A stretch of 64,000 bases of DNA from an uncultured Desulfarculus sp. (GCA_963665125.2 CAXXUK010000001.1:960001-1024000); one strand, 5' to 3'. Positions 19,320-29,334 are shown, counted from the first letter of the stretch. The notes: generated by a model from the letters alone, not told the origin. Numbers and translations are program-made.

Positions 19320-20565
19320 CGGACCGGGCGGCGTCGATCTCCTCCAACAAGGCCTCGATGCGTAAAAAAGCGGCGTCTTCGCTGTATTTGCGGCTGTCTG
19401 CGTGATCCACGTCGATCATCACCGTGGGTACTCCTGTCTGGCGGCGGATCAGCTCCTTTTGGTCCATCTGCATCACCGAATAGACCTTGCAACTGCGGTT
19501 GCTGGCAAAGATCACACCGTCGATGTCGTTTTGTTCAATGAGCTTCTTCATGCCGTTCAGCCGCAGGTTCAGGCCGTGGGGGCACATGGAGAAGTTCTGG
19601 ACCCTGGCCAGAGTGCGTAGCGGGTCTTCGTCCATGGAAAAGTCGTGCAGGGCGATATCTCCCTCCAGGGAGCCCAGGCAGGAGGTATAGGTGGCGCAGG
19701 TGATGTTGGCGTCCATTTCCCGCAAACGCGAGCTCATGGCGCTCATCTGATGCCAGGGAGCGATGTTGTCCCACAGCAGGCGGTAGCGTTCCTTGGGCAC
19801 GGGGACCTGGCCGTCGGCTATTTGCTGCTCGGCCTCATCGCAGACCAGGGCCAAATGCTCGGCCAATTCCTTGCTGCCCCGCCAACTGGTGATGAACGGC
19901 GCCATGTGGGCGAATGTGTCGAATGCCGTTATGCCCGCTGGTTTGCCGGCGGCCAGGCCCAGGAAGCGCTTCCACAGGCTGTTTATCTGGCGGGAATACT
20001 CCAGGGACTGCCTGACCTTGTCCATGTCAAAGACTTGCCCCGTTGCATCTTCGATAAAGCGGATCATTTCCTTGTACTGGTCCACGATATAGAGCAGGTC
20101 TTTTTCCTTTTGCGGCTCGTAGCAAAAGGGGATGTCCAGCACAAAGTGCCTGGCTCCGGTCATGCGCTGGTGCACCTCGAACCACTTGACCAAAAGTGAG
20201 CAGTTGTTGTTGTTGCTGATCAGGATGTCGGGCTTTGGCATGCCCATGGTCGGCGAACCCTGGCCGCCTTGAAAAGCCGTGCCCAGATCGATGCGGGCAT
20301 AGGAGCACAGGTCCATGGAATAGCCTTGCTGCTCGGCGGCTTCGCATTGCCGGGGCCCCACGCCCTTGGCCGCGCAGGCCGCCGCATGGTTTTCCGGCAC
20401 GCAGATCACCAGGTCAAAGCCCTTGAGGATCTCGATGGGCACGATAATGGCTATCCAGACAACGGGCACGCCTTTGGCCGCCCGCTGGTGCATGTCCATG
20501 TACTCCCGGGCCATTAGTTTGCTCAGGTTTTTCGACGCCTCGGGCAGCATCCTGGTATTGGCCAT
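19309..20565 (-). CDS. 2-hydroxyacyl-CoA dehydratase family subunit (alpha-like)
   Basis: PENHAA, DLCSYAR, NNNCS, RYRLLWDNIAPW, SNRSCK. Confidence 0.88.
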   Translation of the reverse strand: MANTRMLPEASKNLSKLMAREYMDMHQRAAKGVPVVWIAIIVPIEILKGFDLVICVPENHAAACAAKGVGPRQCEAAEQQGYSMDLCSYARIDLGTAFQGGQGSPTMGMPKPDILISNNNNCSLLVKWFEVHQRMTGARHFVLDIPFCYEPQKEKDLLYIVDQYKEMIRFIEDATGQVFDMDKVRQSLEYSRQINSLWKRFLGLAAGKPAGITAFDTFAHMAPFITSWRGSKELAEHLALVCDEAEQQIADGQVPVPKERYRLLWDNIAPWHQMSAMSSRLREMDANITCATYTSCLGSLEGDIALHDFSMDEDPLRTLARVQNFSMCPHGLNLRLNGMKKLIEQNDIDGVIFASNRSCKVYSVMQMDQKELIRRQTGVPTVMIDVDHADSRKYSEDAAFLRIEALLEEIDAARSASQ

Positions 20566-20577
20566 GATTGCCTCCTG

Positions 20578-21669
20578 TTATTGGCCCAGCAGTTCGGCAA
20601 AGGCCTCGATCCTGGTGCGGAAGGCCCCCACGTTATCCCTGTCGTGCATGGCTATTTCCAGCACCAGGCTGGGTATGTTCATTTCGCCAAGGGCCTTTTG
20701 CATCAGCGGAAATTCAAAATATTCGTATTCGCAAAATTTTTCGGCCACGAAAATTACGCCGTCCACTCTGCTGTCGGTGGCAGCCCTGGGTAGGGATGCG
20801 TGGCGGGCTTCGCCGCTGTAGAGCAGGGTGGAGCAGGGTGGATGGTCAAAGTAGAACTGTTGGTAATAATCCGCCGCCGAATCAAAGCCCTCCGGCGTGT
20901 ATTCGATTGAACGGCCCAGGCTGGCGATGTCGTTGGCCGCGACCCTAAGGCCGGCCTGTTCGATGAGCTCCATGATCGGGCCGGGCGGCGGCATAATGCC
21001 GCTGAGCATGACTTTGGGTCCTGAGGCTTTTGCCTCCTCGCCCGCCGAGTCCAACAATTCCTGAAGCATGGCCCGCTGCTGTTCGATGGGGCTGAGCCAG
21101 GCAGTGTTAATGGTCCTGGTATAGTCGGCGAAACGTAGGCGTCCCTGGGCGGCTGCCTGCTGGATGCCCTGGGCCAGGCCGCGAACGGCGCGGTATTGTT
21201 CCACAGTGGCCCTGAAGGCCTGATCCGAGTATGAAACGGCGTATTCCGCTTCCAGGCGCTGGATCAGGTTTTCGACCTCCCGGGCCAGATAGCCCTGGAC
21301 AAATTCACCCTGGGGCACGGTTTGGGGTACGTGGATGCGGAATATGGGTAGGCTGGGGCGGACAAGTTGAAGCAGTTCCGGCAGGTTGCGCAGGGTGTCG
21401 CAGGCGTTGTACATGAACAGGCCGTCGAATACCTCTCCAGCGGAGCCGGCAACGGCTTCGGCAAGTCTGCGGCCCACTGAACAGGCATACTGCTGCACGT
21501 GCAGGTCCGCGTTGGGCGTTTCTGGAAGCCAGCGCCCCAGACTCCATAGCACCACGGGCGTCAGGCCCAGGCTGGATAGGAGTTCCAGGGGCGGATAAAG
21601 GGGAAAGCATCCTATCAAGGGTCTTCCCGCTTGCCTTGAATTGGTCAGTATCGACGAGATGGTGTTCAT
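20578..21669 (-). CDS. 2-hydroxyacyl-CoA dehydratase family subunit (beta-like)
   Basis: IGCFPLYPPLEL, QYACS, NACDTLR, KFCE, FRTRIEAFAE; start MNTISS inferred. Confidence 0.85.
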   Translation of the reverse strand: MNTISSILTNSRQAGRPLIGCFPLYPPLELLSSLGLTPVVLWSLGRWLPETPNADLHVQQYACSVGRRLAEAVAGSAGEVFDGLFMYNACDTLRNLPELLQLVRPSLPIFRIHVPQTVPQGEFVQGYLAREVENLIQRLEAEYAVSYSDQAFRATVEQYRAVRGLAQGIQQAAAQGRLRFADYTRTINTAWLSPIEQQRAMLQELLDSAGEEAKASGPKVMLSGIMPPPGPIMELIEQAGLRVAANDIASLGRSIEYTPEGFDSAADYYQQFYFDHPPCSTLLYSGEARHASLPRAATDSRVDGVIFVAEKFCEYEYFEFPLMQKALGEMNIPSLVLEIAMHDRDNVGAFRTRIEAFAELLGQ

Positions 21670-21714
21670 GTGTGAAGGCCGATCGCTATGATGATTTGTA
21701 TAAATAACGATTAG

Positions 21715-21744
21715 AATATAAATATAACGATCGTTATATGTCAA
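21715..21744 (-). promoter_or_regulatory. sigma70 promoter with an overlapping perfect 18-bp palindromic operator
   Basis: Minus strand TTGACA...TATATT; ATATAACGATCGTTATAT (21722-21739) fills the spacer. Confidence 0.75.
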
Positions 21745-21777
21745 GCCGTAAGAACAGTTCCGCAAGTGATGCGCGGA

Positions 21778-22359
21778 TTACTTGATGGCCAGACGAATGA
21801 GTTGCTTGAAGGCTTCGCCGATCTGCTGGGAGTCGTATTGTTCGCTGCTCAGCGACGATAATATGCCCGTACCGATGCTCATGGCGATGACCATTGCCGG
21901 GATGGCCTGGCCGATGCGGCAATTGGGTTTGCCCTGGCCTTTGACGATATTGGAGACATACGAGGTCAGGTTGTTGAAGAACCGGACCATGACGTTGGTT
22001 ATTTCCGGGTTGCTGTTGGCCTGGCCCAGATAGTTCATCATCACGATCTGAAAATCAGGGTTGTCCTGGGGTACGGCCTGGGCCTTTTCAATATAGCTCA
22101 TCAGCTTGCGGCCAGGGTCCTCTATGGGGTCGACTTCATCCATGACCTGTTCATAGGACTTGCGGAAGGCATCGACAATAACCTGCAAAAGGATGTCTTC
22201 CTTGTTCTTGAAATAGTGATAGATAACGCCCGTGCTTACTCCGGCCTCCCTGGCGATGTCCTTGACCGAGAGGTTGGCAAAGCCTTTTTCCACGATGCAG
22301 CGCTTGGTGGCGTCCACCACCTGCTTGGTGCGGATTTCTTTGATTAGTGAATTGGCCAT
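21778..22359 (-). CDS. TetR/AcrR family regulator
   Basis: GFANLSVKDIAREAGVSTGVIYHYFKNKEDIL. Confidence 0.93.
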   Translation of the reverse strand: MANSLIKEIRTKQVVDATKRCIVEKGFANLSVKDIAREAGVSTGVIYHYFKNKEDILLQVIVDAFRKSYEQVMDEVDPIEDPGRKLMSYIEKAQAVPQDNPDFQIVMMNYLGQANSNPEITNVMVRFFNNLTSYVSNIVKGQGKPNCRIGQAIPAMVIAMSIGTGILSSLSSEQYDSQQIGEAFKQLIRLAIK

Positions 22360-22439
22360 GGCTCCATAGTGCTGATTATAAATTAATAACAGTCATTCAA
22401 TAATTTACCGGTCCGTGGCCCGCGGTCAAGTTTTTTGGG

Positions 22440-23270
22440 CTATATCCGCTGAACCAGCCACTGGCACAGGTCGGAAAGCACCTGTTCTTTTTCCAGTTCA
22501 TTGAATATCTCATGACGCAGTCCGGAGTAAGGCACCAGCTTGCGGTCTTCCACGGTGCAAGCGGCAAAGAAATCTTCCGAACCGCTTGGCGAAACAAGTT
22601 TGTCGTCAGTGCCGTACATCAAAAGCAGGCTATCGGTCTTGAGCTTGGCCGCGTTGGCCAGGCAGTCTAGCTGAGCCTTGGATGATTCGGTGAATAAACG
22701 GCTGGTGCCGCCCTTGAGCACCAGGGGGTCGTCCACGTAGGCCTGGTTCAGGACCGGGTCCTTGGTCAGGGTGTTTTCATCAACAGGATTGGGGATAAGC
22801 AGTTTCGGCGCTAGATAGGACAATAGCCTGGCCATGAATATCTTTGCCGCGGGCAGGGCCTGGCCCGCCCTCAGATAAGGACCGGACAGGGTTATGATCT
22901 TGAACGGGTGCCGTCGGTTGACGGCGTAGGATACGGCCTGCAAACCGCCCATACTGTGGGAGATGAGCACCGTGGGCTCCATGCCCAGCACCTCGCCTGC
23001 CTTGGCCACGGCCAAATCAATGTCGTCGAGGTATTCTTCCCATTTCATGATGCCGCCGCGGATGCCCTGGGACCGGCCGTGGCCGCGCTGGTCATAGATA
23101 AAGGTGGCCAGCCCGATGTCGTTTAGCTTTTGGCAAACATGGTCATATCTGCCGTAATGTTCACCAAAACCGTGCAGGATGAGGGCGGCGGCCTTGGGGC
23201 TTTCGGGCACCGTGCTCGATGCCTTTAATTGAAACCCGTCTTTGGTCTGGAAGGTATGTTCCCCACTCAT
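22440..23270 (-). CDS. Alpha/beta hydrolase (lysophospholipase/monoglyceride lipase-like)
   Basis: HGFGEH, DQRGHGRS, SHSMGG nucleophile motif, LRHEIFNE. Confidence 0.9.
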   Translation of the reverse strand: MSGEHTFQTKDGFQLKASSTVPESPKAAALILHGFGEHYGRYDHVCQKLNDIGLATFIYDQRGHGRSQGIRGGIMKWEEYLDDIDLAVAKAGEVLGMEPTVLISHSMGGLQAVSYAVNRRHPFKIITLSGPYLRAGQALPAAKIFMARLLSYLAPKLLIPNPVDENTLTKDPVLNQAYVDDPLVLKGGTSRLFTESSKAQLDCLANAAKLKTDSLLLMYGTDDKLVSPSGSEDFFAACTVEDRKLVPYSGLRHEIFNELEKEQVLSDLCQWLVQRI

Positions 23271-23395
23271 GGCGGCCTCCTTGGTAAATGGCGTCTAACG
23301 CATCAAAAACACGGTACAACATACCACCATGAGCCATGAAAAAGAAACCCCCGGGCCGAAGCCCGGGGGGTGATTGCTTTAGATTAGCCTAAAGG

Positions 23396-24538
23396 CTAGA
23401 TGCACTCGGCCAGAACCTCGGCGATGTCCATGACCTGGAGCTTGTCGTCGACGTTTTCGGTCTTGGTGGAGTCGACGAACATGTTGATGCAGTAGGGGCA
23501 GCCCATGGCCACGACCTCGGCACCCTTTTCCACGGCCTCGCGCACCTTGTGGGTGCTGAAACGCTGCTCGGGGTCGGCTTCCATCCACAGACGGCCACCA
23601 CCGCCGCCGCAGCAGACGGCCAGACCCTTGTTGCGGTTGAATTCCATGACCTCGGCGCCAGCTGCCGCCAACAGGTCGCGGGGCTGCTCGTACACGCCGC
23701 AGTGACGGCCCAGGTAGCAGGGATCGTGGTAGATGATCTTCTTGGCCATCTTGGGATCAATCTTCAGCTTGCCTTCGTCAACCAGCTGCTTGAGAAGCTC
23801 GGTGTAGTGCATGACCTCGAACTCGCCGCCGAACTCGGGGTATTCCTGGCTGAAGGTCATGTAGCAGTGAGGGCTGGTGGTGATGATCTTCTTGACGCCC
23901 TTGTCGTTGAACAGGTTGATGTTCTTCTCGGCCAGGCTCATGAACTGCTCTTCGTCGCCCATCTTGCGCAGGGACTCGCCGCAGCAGCTTTCCTCGTTGC
24001 CGATGATGCCGTAGCTGACGCCGGCGGCGTTGAGCACCTTTACAAGGGCCTTGGCGATTGAGATGGCCCGGGGGTCATAGGCGCTGGTGCAGCAAACGCT
24101 GAGGAAGTACTCGGTGCCTTCTTCAAAGCGGGGCACGTCCAAGCCGGCGGTCCACTTTTCGCGGTCATCGCGCTGGCCGGACCAGGGGTTGCCCTGGCTG
24201 TGGATGGAGCCCATGATGGTGCGCAGGCTGGACGGGGCGGCGCCGGTCTCGGCGATCATGGCGCGCATGGCGCGGACGGTGTCGATGATGCCGACCTCGC
24301 GGGGGCAGTTTTCCACGCAAAGTTTACAAGTGGTGCAGGCATAAAGAATGTCGTCGGATTCGAAACCTTCCAGGCCCATCTGGGCCATGCGCATAAGTTT
24401 GCGGGTGCGGAACTCGGAACCGACGGAAGGCCAGGGGCACAGGCCGGAGCACAGGCCGCACTGCATGCACTGGGTCAGGGTTTCACCACCCATCGCAGCG
24501 ATGGCTTCGGCGACTTCGAGGAACGGCGTTGCGGTCAT
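23396..24538 (-). CDS. Heterodisulfide reductase-related Fe-S protein (2x4Fe-4S plus two CCG domains, HdrD-like)
   Basis: CMQCGLCSGLCP, CTTCKLCVENCP, ESCCG, YHDPCYLGRH, CCGGGGG, GCPYC; AAGGAG RBS before ATG at 24538. Confidence 0.9.
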   Translation of the reverse strand: MTATPFLEVAEAIAAMGGETLTQCMQCGLCSGLCPWPSVGSEFRTRKLMRMAQMGLEGFESDDILYACTTCKLCVENCPREVGIIDTVRAMRAMIAETGAAPSSLRTIMGSIHSQGNPWSGQRDDREKWTAGLDVPRFEEGTEYFLSVCCTSAYDPRAISIAKALVKVLNAAGVSYGIIGNEESCCGESLRKMGDEEQFMSLAEKNINLFNDKGVKKIITTSPHCYMTFSQEYPEFGGEFEVMHYTELLKQLVDEGKLKIDPKMAKKIIYHDPCYLGRHCGVYEQPRDLLAAAGAEVMEFNRNKGLAVCCGGGGGRLWMEADPEQRFSTHKVREAVEKGAEVVAMGCPYCINMFVDSTKTENVDDKLQVMDIAEVLAECI

Positions 24539-24881
24539 GTTCCTTAAACTCCTTAGCTGAAGGACAACAGAAAATATTAAACACGCCCGGCGCAAAAAAA
24601 CACCGCACGCGTGCTTCTACTCCATGAGACTATCGGAACTTGAATATCAGGAACAGGTAGCCATGTCAAGTTGCTAGTTACTTTTGGCACTAGTAGCATG
24701 GCTAAAAGTTACATGCGGGCCTTTTGGGGATTTGGCATGGCGATGTACGCCATGGCCCGGAGAGATTAGCGGTTTCTGTATCTTTGCAGCAACATTGTAT
24801 AATTCGCTGGGTTTTGCGTGGTTAGGCGGCTATATGTACGGAAAGCCGCCCGAAGCGTGTCCGGGCGGCTTTGTCGCGGTG

Positions 24882-25355
24882 TTATTTTATTGAAAGCTCC
24901 TGTGGCTTGTGCCGGGGCACGAACAGAGCGATCAGGCCCGTGAACATGAAGACCATGCCGCCCATCATGTGGCTCAGATCCAGGACGACCATCAGCGGGG
25001 GTGAAACAAAGACGCCCATGTTGCGGATGACTTTGCCGATGCCGGTGATCAGCAGCAATGCCAGCAGTAGCCAGCCCCACCAGGAACGCGGGCCCCAGGA
25101 CCAGCCGCTAATGCCGGCGCGGGTGTCCAGGGTCAGCCGCCAGAAATACATGAATATCAGTAAGGCCGCCGCGATGTAGTGGATGTCGCTGGTTGCATAA
25201 AAGTCAGCCGCCCAGGCCATGCCCGGCAGATCGGCCAGATAATAACGCTTCATGATGGGCATCTGGGCAAACCCGCTGAAAACGGCCGCAACGATGGTCA
25301 CGATATAGAGCAGCTTGACGCCGCCGCCGCCCGGGGAGTATTGCGCGTTTTTCAT
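24882..25355 (-). CDS. Four-TM membrane partner of the Fe-S protein (cytochrome b-like)
   Basis: Four hydrophobic segments, SGFAQMPIMKRYY, two intramembrane His (DIHY, LSHM); ATGA overlap with the upstream gene. Confidence 0.7.
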   Translation of the reverse strand: MKNAQYSPGGGGVKLLYIVTIVAAVFSGFAQMPIMKRYYLADLPGMAWAADFYATSDIHYIAAALLIFMYFWRLTLDTRAGISGWSWGPRSWWGWLLLALLLITGIGKVIRNMGVFVSPPLMVVLDLSHMMGGMVFMFTGLIALFVPRHKPQELSIK

Positions 25356-26476
25356 TTGTCACCTCCCTTGCCCGATCCGCCTTTGGCCAGGAACTTGCCC
25401 AGTCCGGCGGCAATGCCCGCGATGGGGGCGATCATCAGGGCCAGGGTGAGGTTTTTTTCGCTGGCCATGGAGTCGGCAACCGGAGCCATGGATGGTCTGC
25501 CGAAGCGGGCCAGGTTACCGCCGAGCTTCTTGCCAGCGCCTTGTCCTTGGCCCCGGCCTTGGCCGCCGGACCTGGTGATGGGCGGCATGCCCGAGAGCAT
25601 GTCTTCCTTGGCCTGCTCCTGGTGCTGGGCCACCATGGCCTGATTAACTTCATTGAAGGGAACCGGCGAGACGTAGAGCGTGTTGGTTCCGCCGTTTTCT
25701 TCCAGGCCGTAGATGTATTCGCCCCACTTATCAGGGCTTGCGCCGTCCTTTTGGGCCATTTCCCTGGCCAGAGCCTCGGCCTTGGCCACCATCTCGGTCC
25801 TGGGGCCTATGCTCTGCACCTTTTCCGGGCATACCTCGATGCAGCGGGGCAGTTGCCCCTTTTCGACCAGGGGCATGCAGCGGTGGCACTTGAACATGGC
25901 GCCGTTGCCCGCGTATTCGGGAAGAATATCCAGATACAGGCCCACTCCGCTCTGACGCTGGGGGACGTCCCACGGGCAAACCTGCTTGCATTTGGCTCCG
26001 CCCAGGCATATGTCGGGGTCGATGCGGACAATGCCGTTAGATTCAACACGGCCAGCGCCGAAGGGGCACAGGTTGGTGCAGGGCGGATTCTGGCAATGCA
26101 TGCAGCGCCGGGGAACGTTGAGTTCCACTTCCTGGCCCTTGTGGTTAACGGCCAGCATGTCAACATACAGGAAGTTGTAGGGTGTTAGCCTGTCCTGGAC
26201 ATCCTTGTGCTTGGACCAGTCTTCGATGGGCACGCGATCCGGAAAAGACTTGGGCATGGGACCGGTCGGGTTCGGCACGGTGGATTGCCATTGTTCGCGG
26301 CAGGCCTCCACGCAGGCCTCGCAGCCGATGCACTTGCTCAGGTCCAGCAGAGTGCAAAGCTCCCGACCGCCCGAGGCCATGACGGCTTGGGGAAGGGCCA
26401 CGCTGGATGCGGCGGCGCCGGCGGCAGCGGCAAGGCCTGATTTTAAAAAGCCCCGTCTTGATATGTGTTTGGACAT
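25352..26476 (-). CDS. Tat-exported 4Fe-4S dicluster protein (FdnH/HybA-like) with C-terminal TM anchor
   Basis: SRRGFLK; CIGCEACVEAC, CMHCQNPPCTNLCP, CLGGAKCKQVCPW, KCHRC...CIEVCP. Confidence 0.88.
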   Translation of the reverse strand: MSKHISRRGFLKSGLAAAAGAAASSVALPQAVMASGGRELCTLLDLSKCIGCEACVEACREQWQSTVPNPTGPMPKSFPDRVPIEDWSKHKDVQDRLTPYNFLYVDMLAVNHKGQEVELNVPRRCMHCQNPPCTNLCPFGAGRVESNGIVRIDPDICLGGAKCKQVCPWDVPQRQSGVGLYLDILPEYAGNGAMFKCHRCMPLVEKGQLPRCIEVCPEKVQSIGPRTEMVAKAEALAREMAQKDGASPDKWGEYIYGLEENGGTNTLYVSPVPFNEVNQAMVAQHQEQAKEDMLSGMPPITRSGGQGRGQGQGAGKKLGGNLARFGRPSMAPVADSMASEKNLTLALMIAPIAGIAAGLGKFLAKGGSGKGGDK

Positions 26477-26532
26477 TTACTTGCTCCTGGACAACAGCAT
26501 TTAAAACCTATTCGAGCTTGTATGTGAGTTAT

Positions 26533-26549
26533 AGCAACTGTTGTGCCGA
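26533..26549 (-). promoter_or_regulatory. sigma54 -24/-12 promoter
   Basis: Minus strand CGGCAC-AACAG-TTGCT, about 57 nt upstream of the ATG at 26476. Confidence 0.7.
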
Positions 26550-26740
26550 AATCGAAAAGTGTGGCGCAAGGTGGATAACATCTTGTCATACAAGACATTA
26601 TGCCCTACTTGGTGGACGGGGCGCAAGCCATGGCCAAGCTATTGTGTTAATGATATCGTTAACTGTTAACGTGATGGTTAAGGAGAAGTTGAAATTGTTA
26701 ATGGCTTAACCGGGAGCCTTAGCCCTAATGCCCAATAAAA

Positions 26741-27963
26741 TGTCCTAGTCGAGAAAAGCGTTGACAGGTCAAGGTCCTAGCTGAAGGAGCCATGGCCTTC
26801 CGGTTAAGATGGTTCAAGCCAAAAGAAACATCTTAATTGAAAGGAAGGACCATGACTCAATCGCAGTATATCATCAACCGCAAGCTCAATATTCTGGAGT
26901 TGGGCCAGGCTCTGGGAAACATCTCCGAGGCCTGCCGCAAGCTGGGCATCAGCCGCCAGCACTATTACGACATCAAGCAAGCCATCGATGAAGAAGGTCT
27001 GGAAGGGCTCTTGGAGAAGAGCCGCCGTGTGCCCAGGATCGGCAACCGTGTGGCCCCTGAGATAGAGCAAAAAGTGCTGGATTATTCTTTACAGTTTCCC
27101 ACCCACGGACAGACGAGGGTGGCCAACGAACTGAAGAAAATCGGTATCCAGGTCAGCGCCGGAGGCATCCGCAGCATCTGGCAGCGGCACGATCTGACGC
27201 TAAAGGCCCAGCGCCTCAAGCGCCTGGAGAAATGGGCGGCGGAAAACACCGAGGTGCTCACCGAATCCCAGGTCCAAGCCTTGGAGAACGCCAAGCAGGA
27301 AAAAGAAGCCCACGGCGAGGTGGAAAGCCCTCATCCCGGCTTTTTGGTGGCCCAGGACACCTGCTATGTGGGCATTATCAAGGGCATAGGCCGCATCTAC
27401 CAGCAAACGGCCATCGACACCCACGGCAGCCATGGTTTTGCCAAGGTTTATCGTGAAAAGACGGCCCTGACCGCCGCCGACCTGCTCAACGACAGGGTGC
27501 TGCCCTTTTACGACCACCACGGCATCAGGGTGCACCGGGTGCTCACCGACAATGGCCCGGAGCTGTGCGGTCGTCAGGACAGCCACCCCTACGAGCTATT
27601 TCTGCACCTAAACGACATCGAGCACACCAGAACCAAGGTGCGCCATCCCCAGACCAACGGAGCGGTGGAGCGGCTCCACCAGACCATCCAAAATGAATTC
27701 TATGAGGTGGCCTTCCGGAAAAAGCTGTACCGCACGCTGGATGAAATCCAGGCCGACCTGGACGCCTTCATGACCTACTACAACACCGAACGGACCCACC
27801 AGGGCCGCTATTGCCAGGGGCGCACCCCTTTCCAGACCTTTACCGACGGCCTGGAACTGTATCAAAGGCATGTCCATGAAGGGATAGAAATAGACGACGC
27901 GGCGTAGTAACCTAAGCCATCTGCCGGAAGGCCAAACTGTCAACGCAATTACTGACTAGGACA
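26741..27963 (+). mobile_element. IS481-family insertion sequence, apparently intact
   Basis: Ends TGTCCTAGTC-N7-GCGTTGACAG ... CTGTCAACGC-N7-GACTAGGACA; flanking direct repeat AATAAAA at 26734-26740 and 27964-27970. Confidence 0.93.
26852..27907 (+). CDS. IS481-family DDE transposase
   Basis: N-terminal HTH (GNISEACRKLGISRQHYY); DDE motifs AQDT, LTDNG, PQTNGAVER. Confidence 0.95.
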   Translation: MTQSQYIINRKLNILELGQALGNISEACRKLGISRQHYYDIKQAIDEEGLEGLLEKSRRVPRIGNRVAPEIEQKVLDYSLQFPTHGQTRVANELKKIGIQVSAGGIRSIWQRHDLTLKAQRLKRLEKWAAENTEVLTESQVQALENAKQEKEAHGEVESPHPGFLVAQDTCYVGIIKGIGRIYQQTAIDTHGSHGFAKVYREKTALTAADLLNDRVLPFYDHHGIRVHRVLTDNGPELCGRQDSHPYELFLHLNDIEHTRTKVRHPQTNGAVERLHQTIQNEFYEVAFRKKLYRTLDEIQADLDAFMTYYNTERTHQGRYCQGRTPFQTFTDGLELYQRHVHEGIEIDDAA

Positions 27964-28055
27964 AATAAAACCTCAAGTGAGGGCGATATACCCGTGCCGT
28001 TGGCAGGTCGTCGAAAAAAGGCAGTCATGGCTTTTCCCAGCGACCTGTCAAATGC

Positions 28056-28325
28056 TTACGGCGCGGGCGTTACTATCTCCACAGTCACTTTGGTATTTGT
28101 TTTCTCGCTGATTCTGGCGCTGATGATACTATAAGTGTCGCTGGTTATGGTGAACCTTGTGTATTGCTTGGTATAGTCGTCACTCTGCTCCTGATTACAT
28201 GATGTGACTTTGACAAAGTGGTTGCAATCGCCTCTGGCCGTGGGAGTTTGGATCAACGCGCCGGTGGTCATGCCGGCACCGAAAACGATAAGTAACACAA
28301 TAATCAACCCGATTTTTCTTGCCAC
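28056..28325 (-). CDS. Small secreted hypothetical protein
   Basis: GTG start behind AAGGAG; signal-peptide-like N-terminus; two Cys. Confidence 0.6.
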   Translation of the reverse strand: MARKIGLIIVLLIVFGAGMTTGALIQTPTARGDCNHFVKVTSCNQEQSDDYTKQYTRFTITSDTYSIISARISEKTNTKVTVEIVTPAP

Positions 28326-28656
28326 GCCGTTTGCTCCTTTTAATCGTTCCGAGGCTGGATTACACGGCCCGGCAGCAACATGATAACGCGCCGTTTTCCG
28401 TGATCAAGAAAGTGTTGATATTCATTTGGGCGCCGCTGTCAAGCGGGATTGCCTGGCTTTTCCGGCTAGGCGTGGGCGGTAGGCTTGATGAGAACGGACG
28501 GGACCACTGCCGCCGGCGACCGGCTCGTGCACAGACAACGCCCGGGCCATGAAAAATCCGCAACGTAATTTAGTTTTTAGCTTGACTGGGATGCATTAAT
28601 TGTTATCTTCTCAGTAATAAATTCGATTCATCAAACTTCCGTCATAGAGGGACCAA

Positions 28657-29334
28657 TTGCAAACAGCGTTGCACGACGATGAAAAACAACAATTTCTAAG
28701 TCTCTTGCATCAGTTGCGCATCGGCGAGATAGATGAGCGCATGGCCTTGGCCGAGGTGTTCTTCAACTCCGAAGAGCACCATACCGCTGATGGCTGGCGA
28801 AAATTCATGCAGAGGCGCGGCCTAAGTTTTGACTTGGATTTCGTCACCCAGAATCTGGAGTTGCTTGCCAGGTTCGGCATGGCCTATAAACGTGAGTTTG
28901 AAAACGAACCCACCCGTTATGAACACCATCACTTGGGCGAACACCACGACCATATGATCTGCACCTCATGCGGCAAGATTACCGAATTCATGAATCCTGA
29001 ACTGGAGCGTTTGCAGGAAAAATCGGTCTTGGATTACGGATTCCGTCCCTTGAGGCATAGATTGCAAATCTATGGCCTTTGCAGCGAATGCCTGGCCAAG
29101 CGGCCCTCGCTACAGCCGCTTTCGGCAATCGCCTCCGGTGAAAGGGTCCGTGTGGAAAAACTGCCCAAGGGCGAAAGGGCTTCGCGACGCCTGGAATCAA
29201 TGGGAATCAACAAGGGCGCGGAGATGCACGTGCTCTCAGCGGGAAACGGCCCGACAGTCGTGGCGGTAAAAGGTACGCGCCTGGCGCTGGGAAGAGGGGA
29301 GTCTGCCAAGATTATGGTGAGCGTGATTTCCTGA
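28657..29334 (+). CDS. Fur-family regulator fused to a C-terminal FeoA domain
   Basis: YEHHHLGEHHDHMICTSCG...YGLCSEC, then RRLESMGI...GTRLALGRG FeoA motif. Confidence 0.85.
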   Translation: MQTALHDDEKQQFLSLLHQLRIGEIDERMALAEVFFNSEEHHTADGWRKFMQRRGLSFDLDFVTQNLELLARFGMAYKREFENEPTRYEHHHLGEHHDHMICTSCGKITEFMNPELERLQEKSVLDYGFRPLRHRLQIYGLCSECLAKRPSLQPLSAIASGERVRVEKLPKGERASRRLESMGINKGAEMHVLSAGNGPTVVAVKGTRLALGRGESAKIMVSVIS

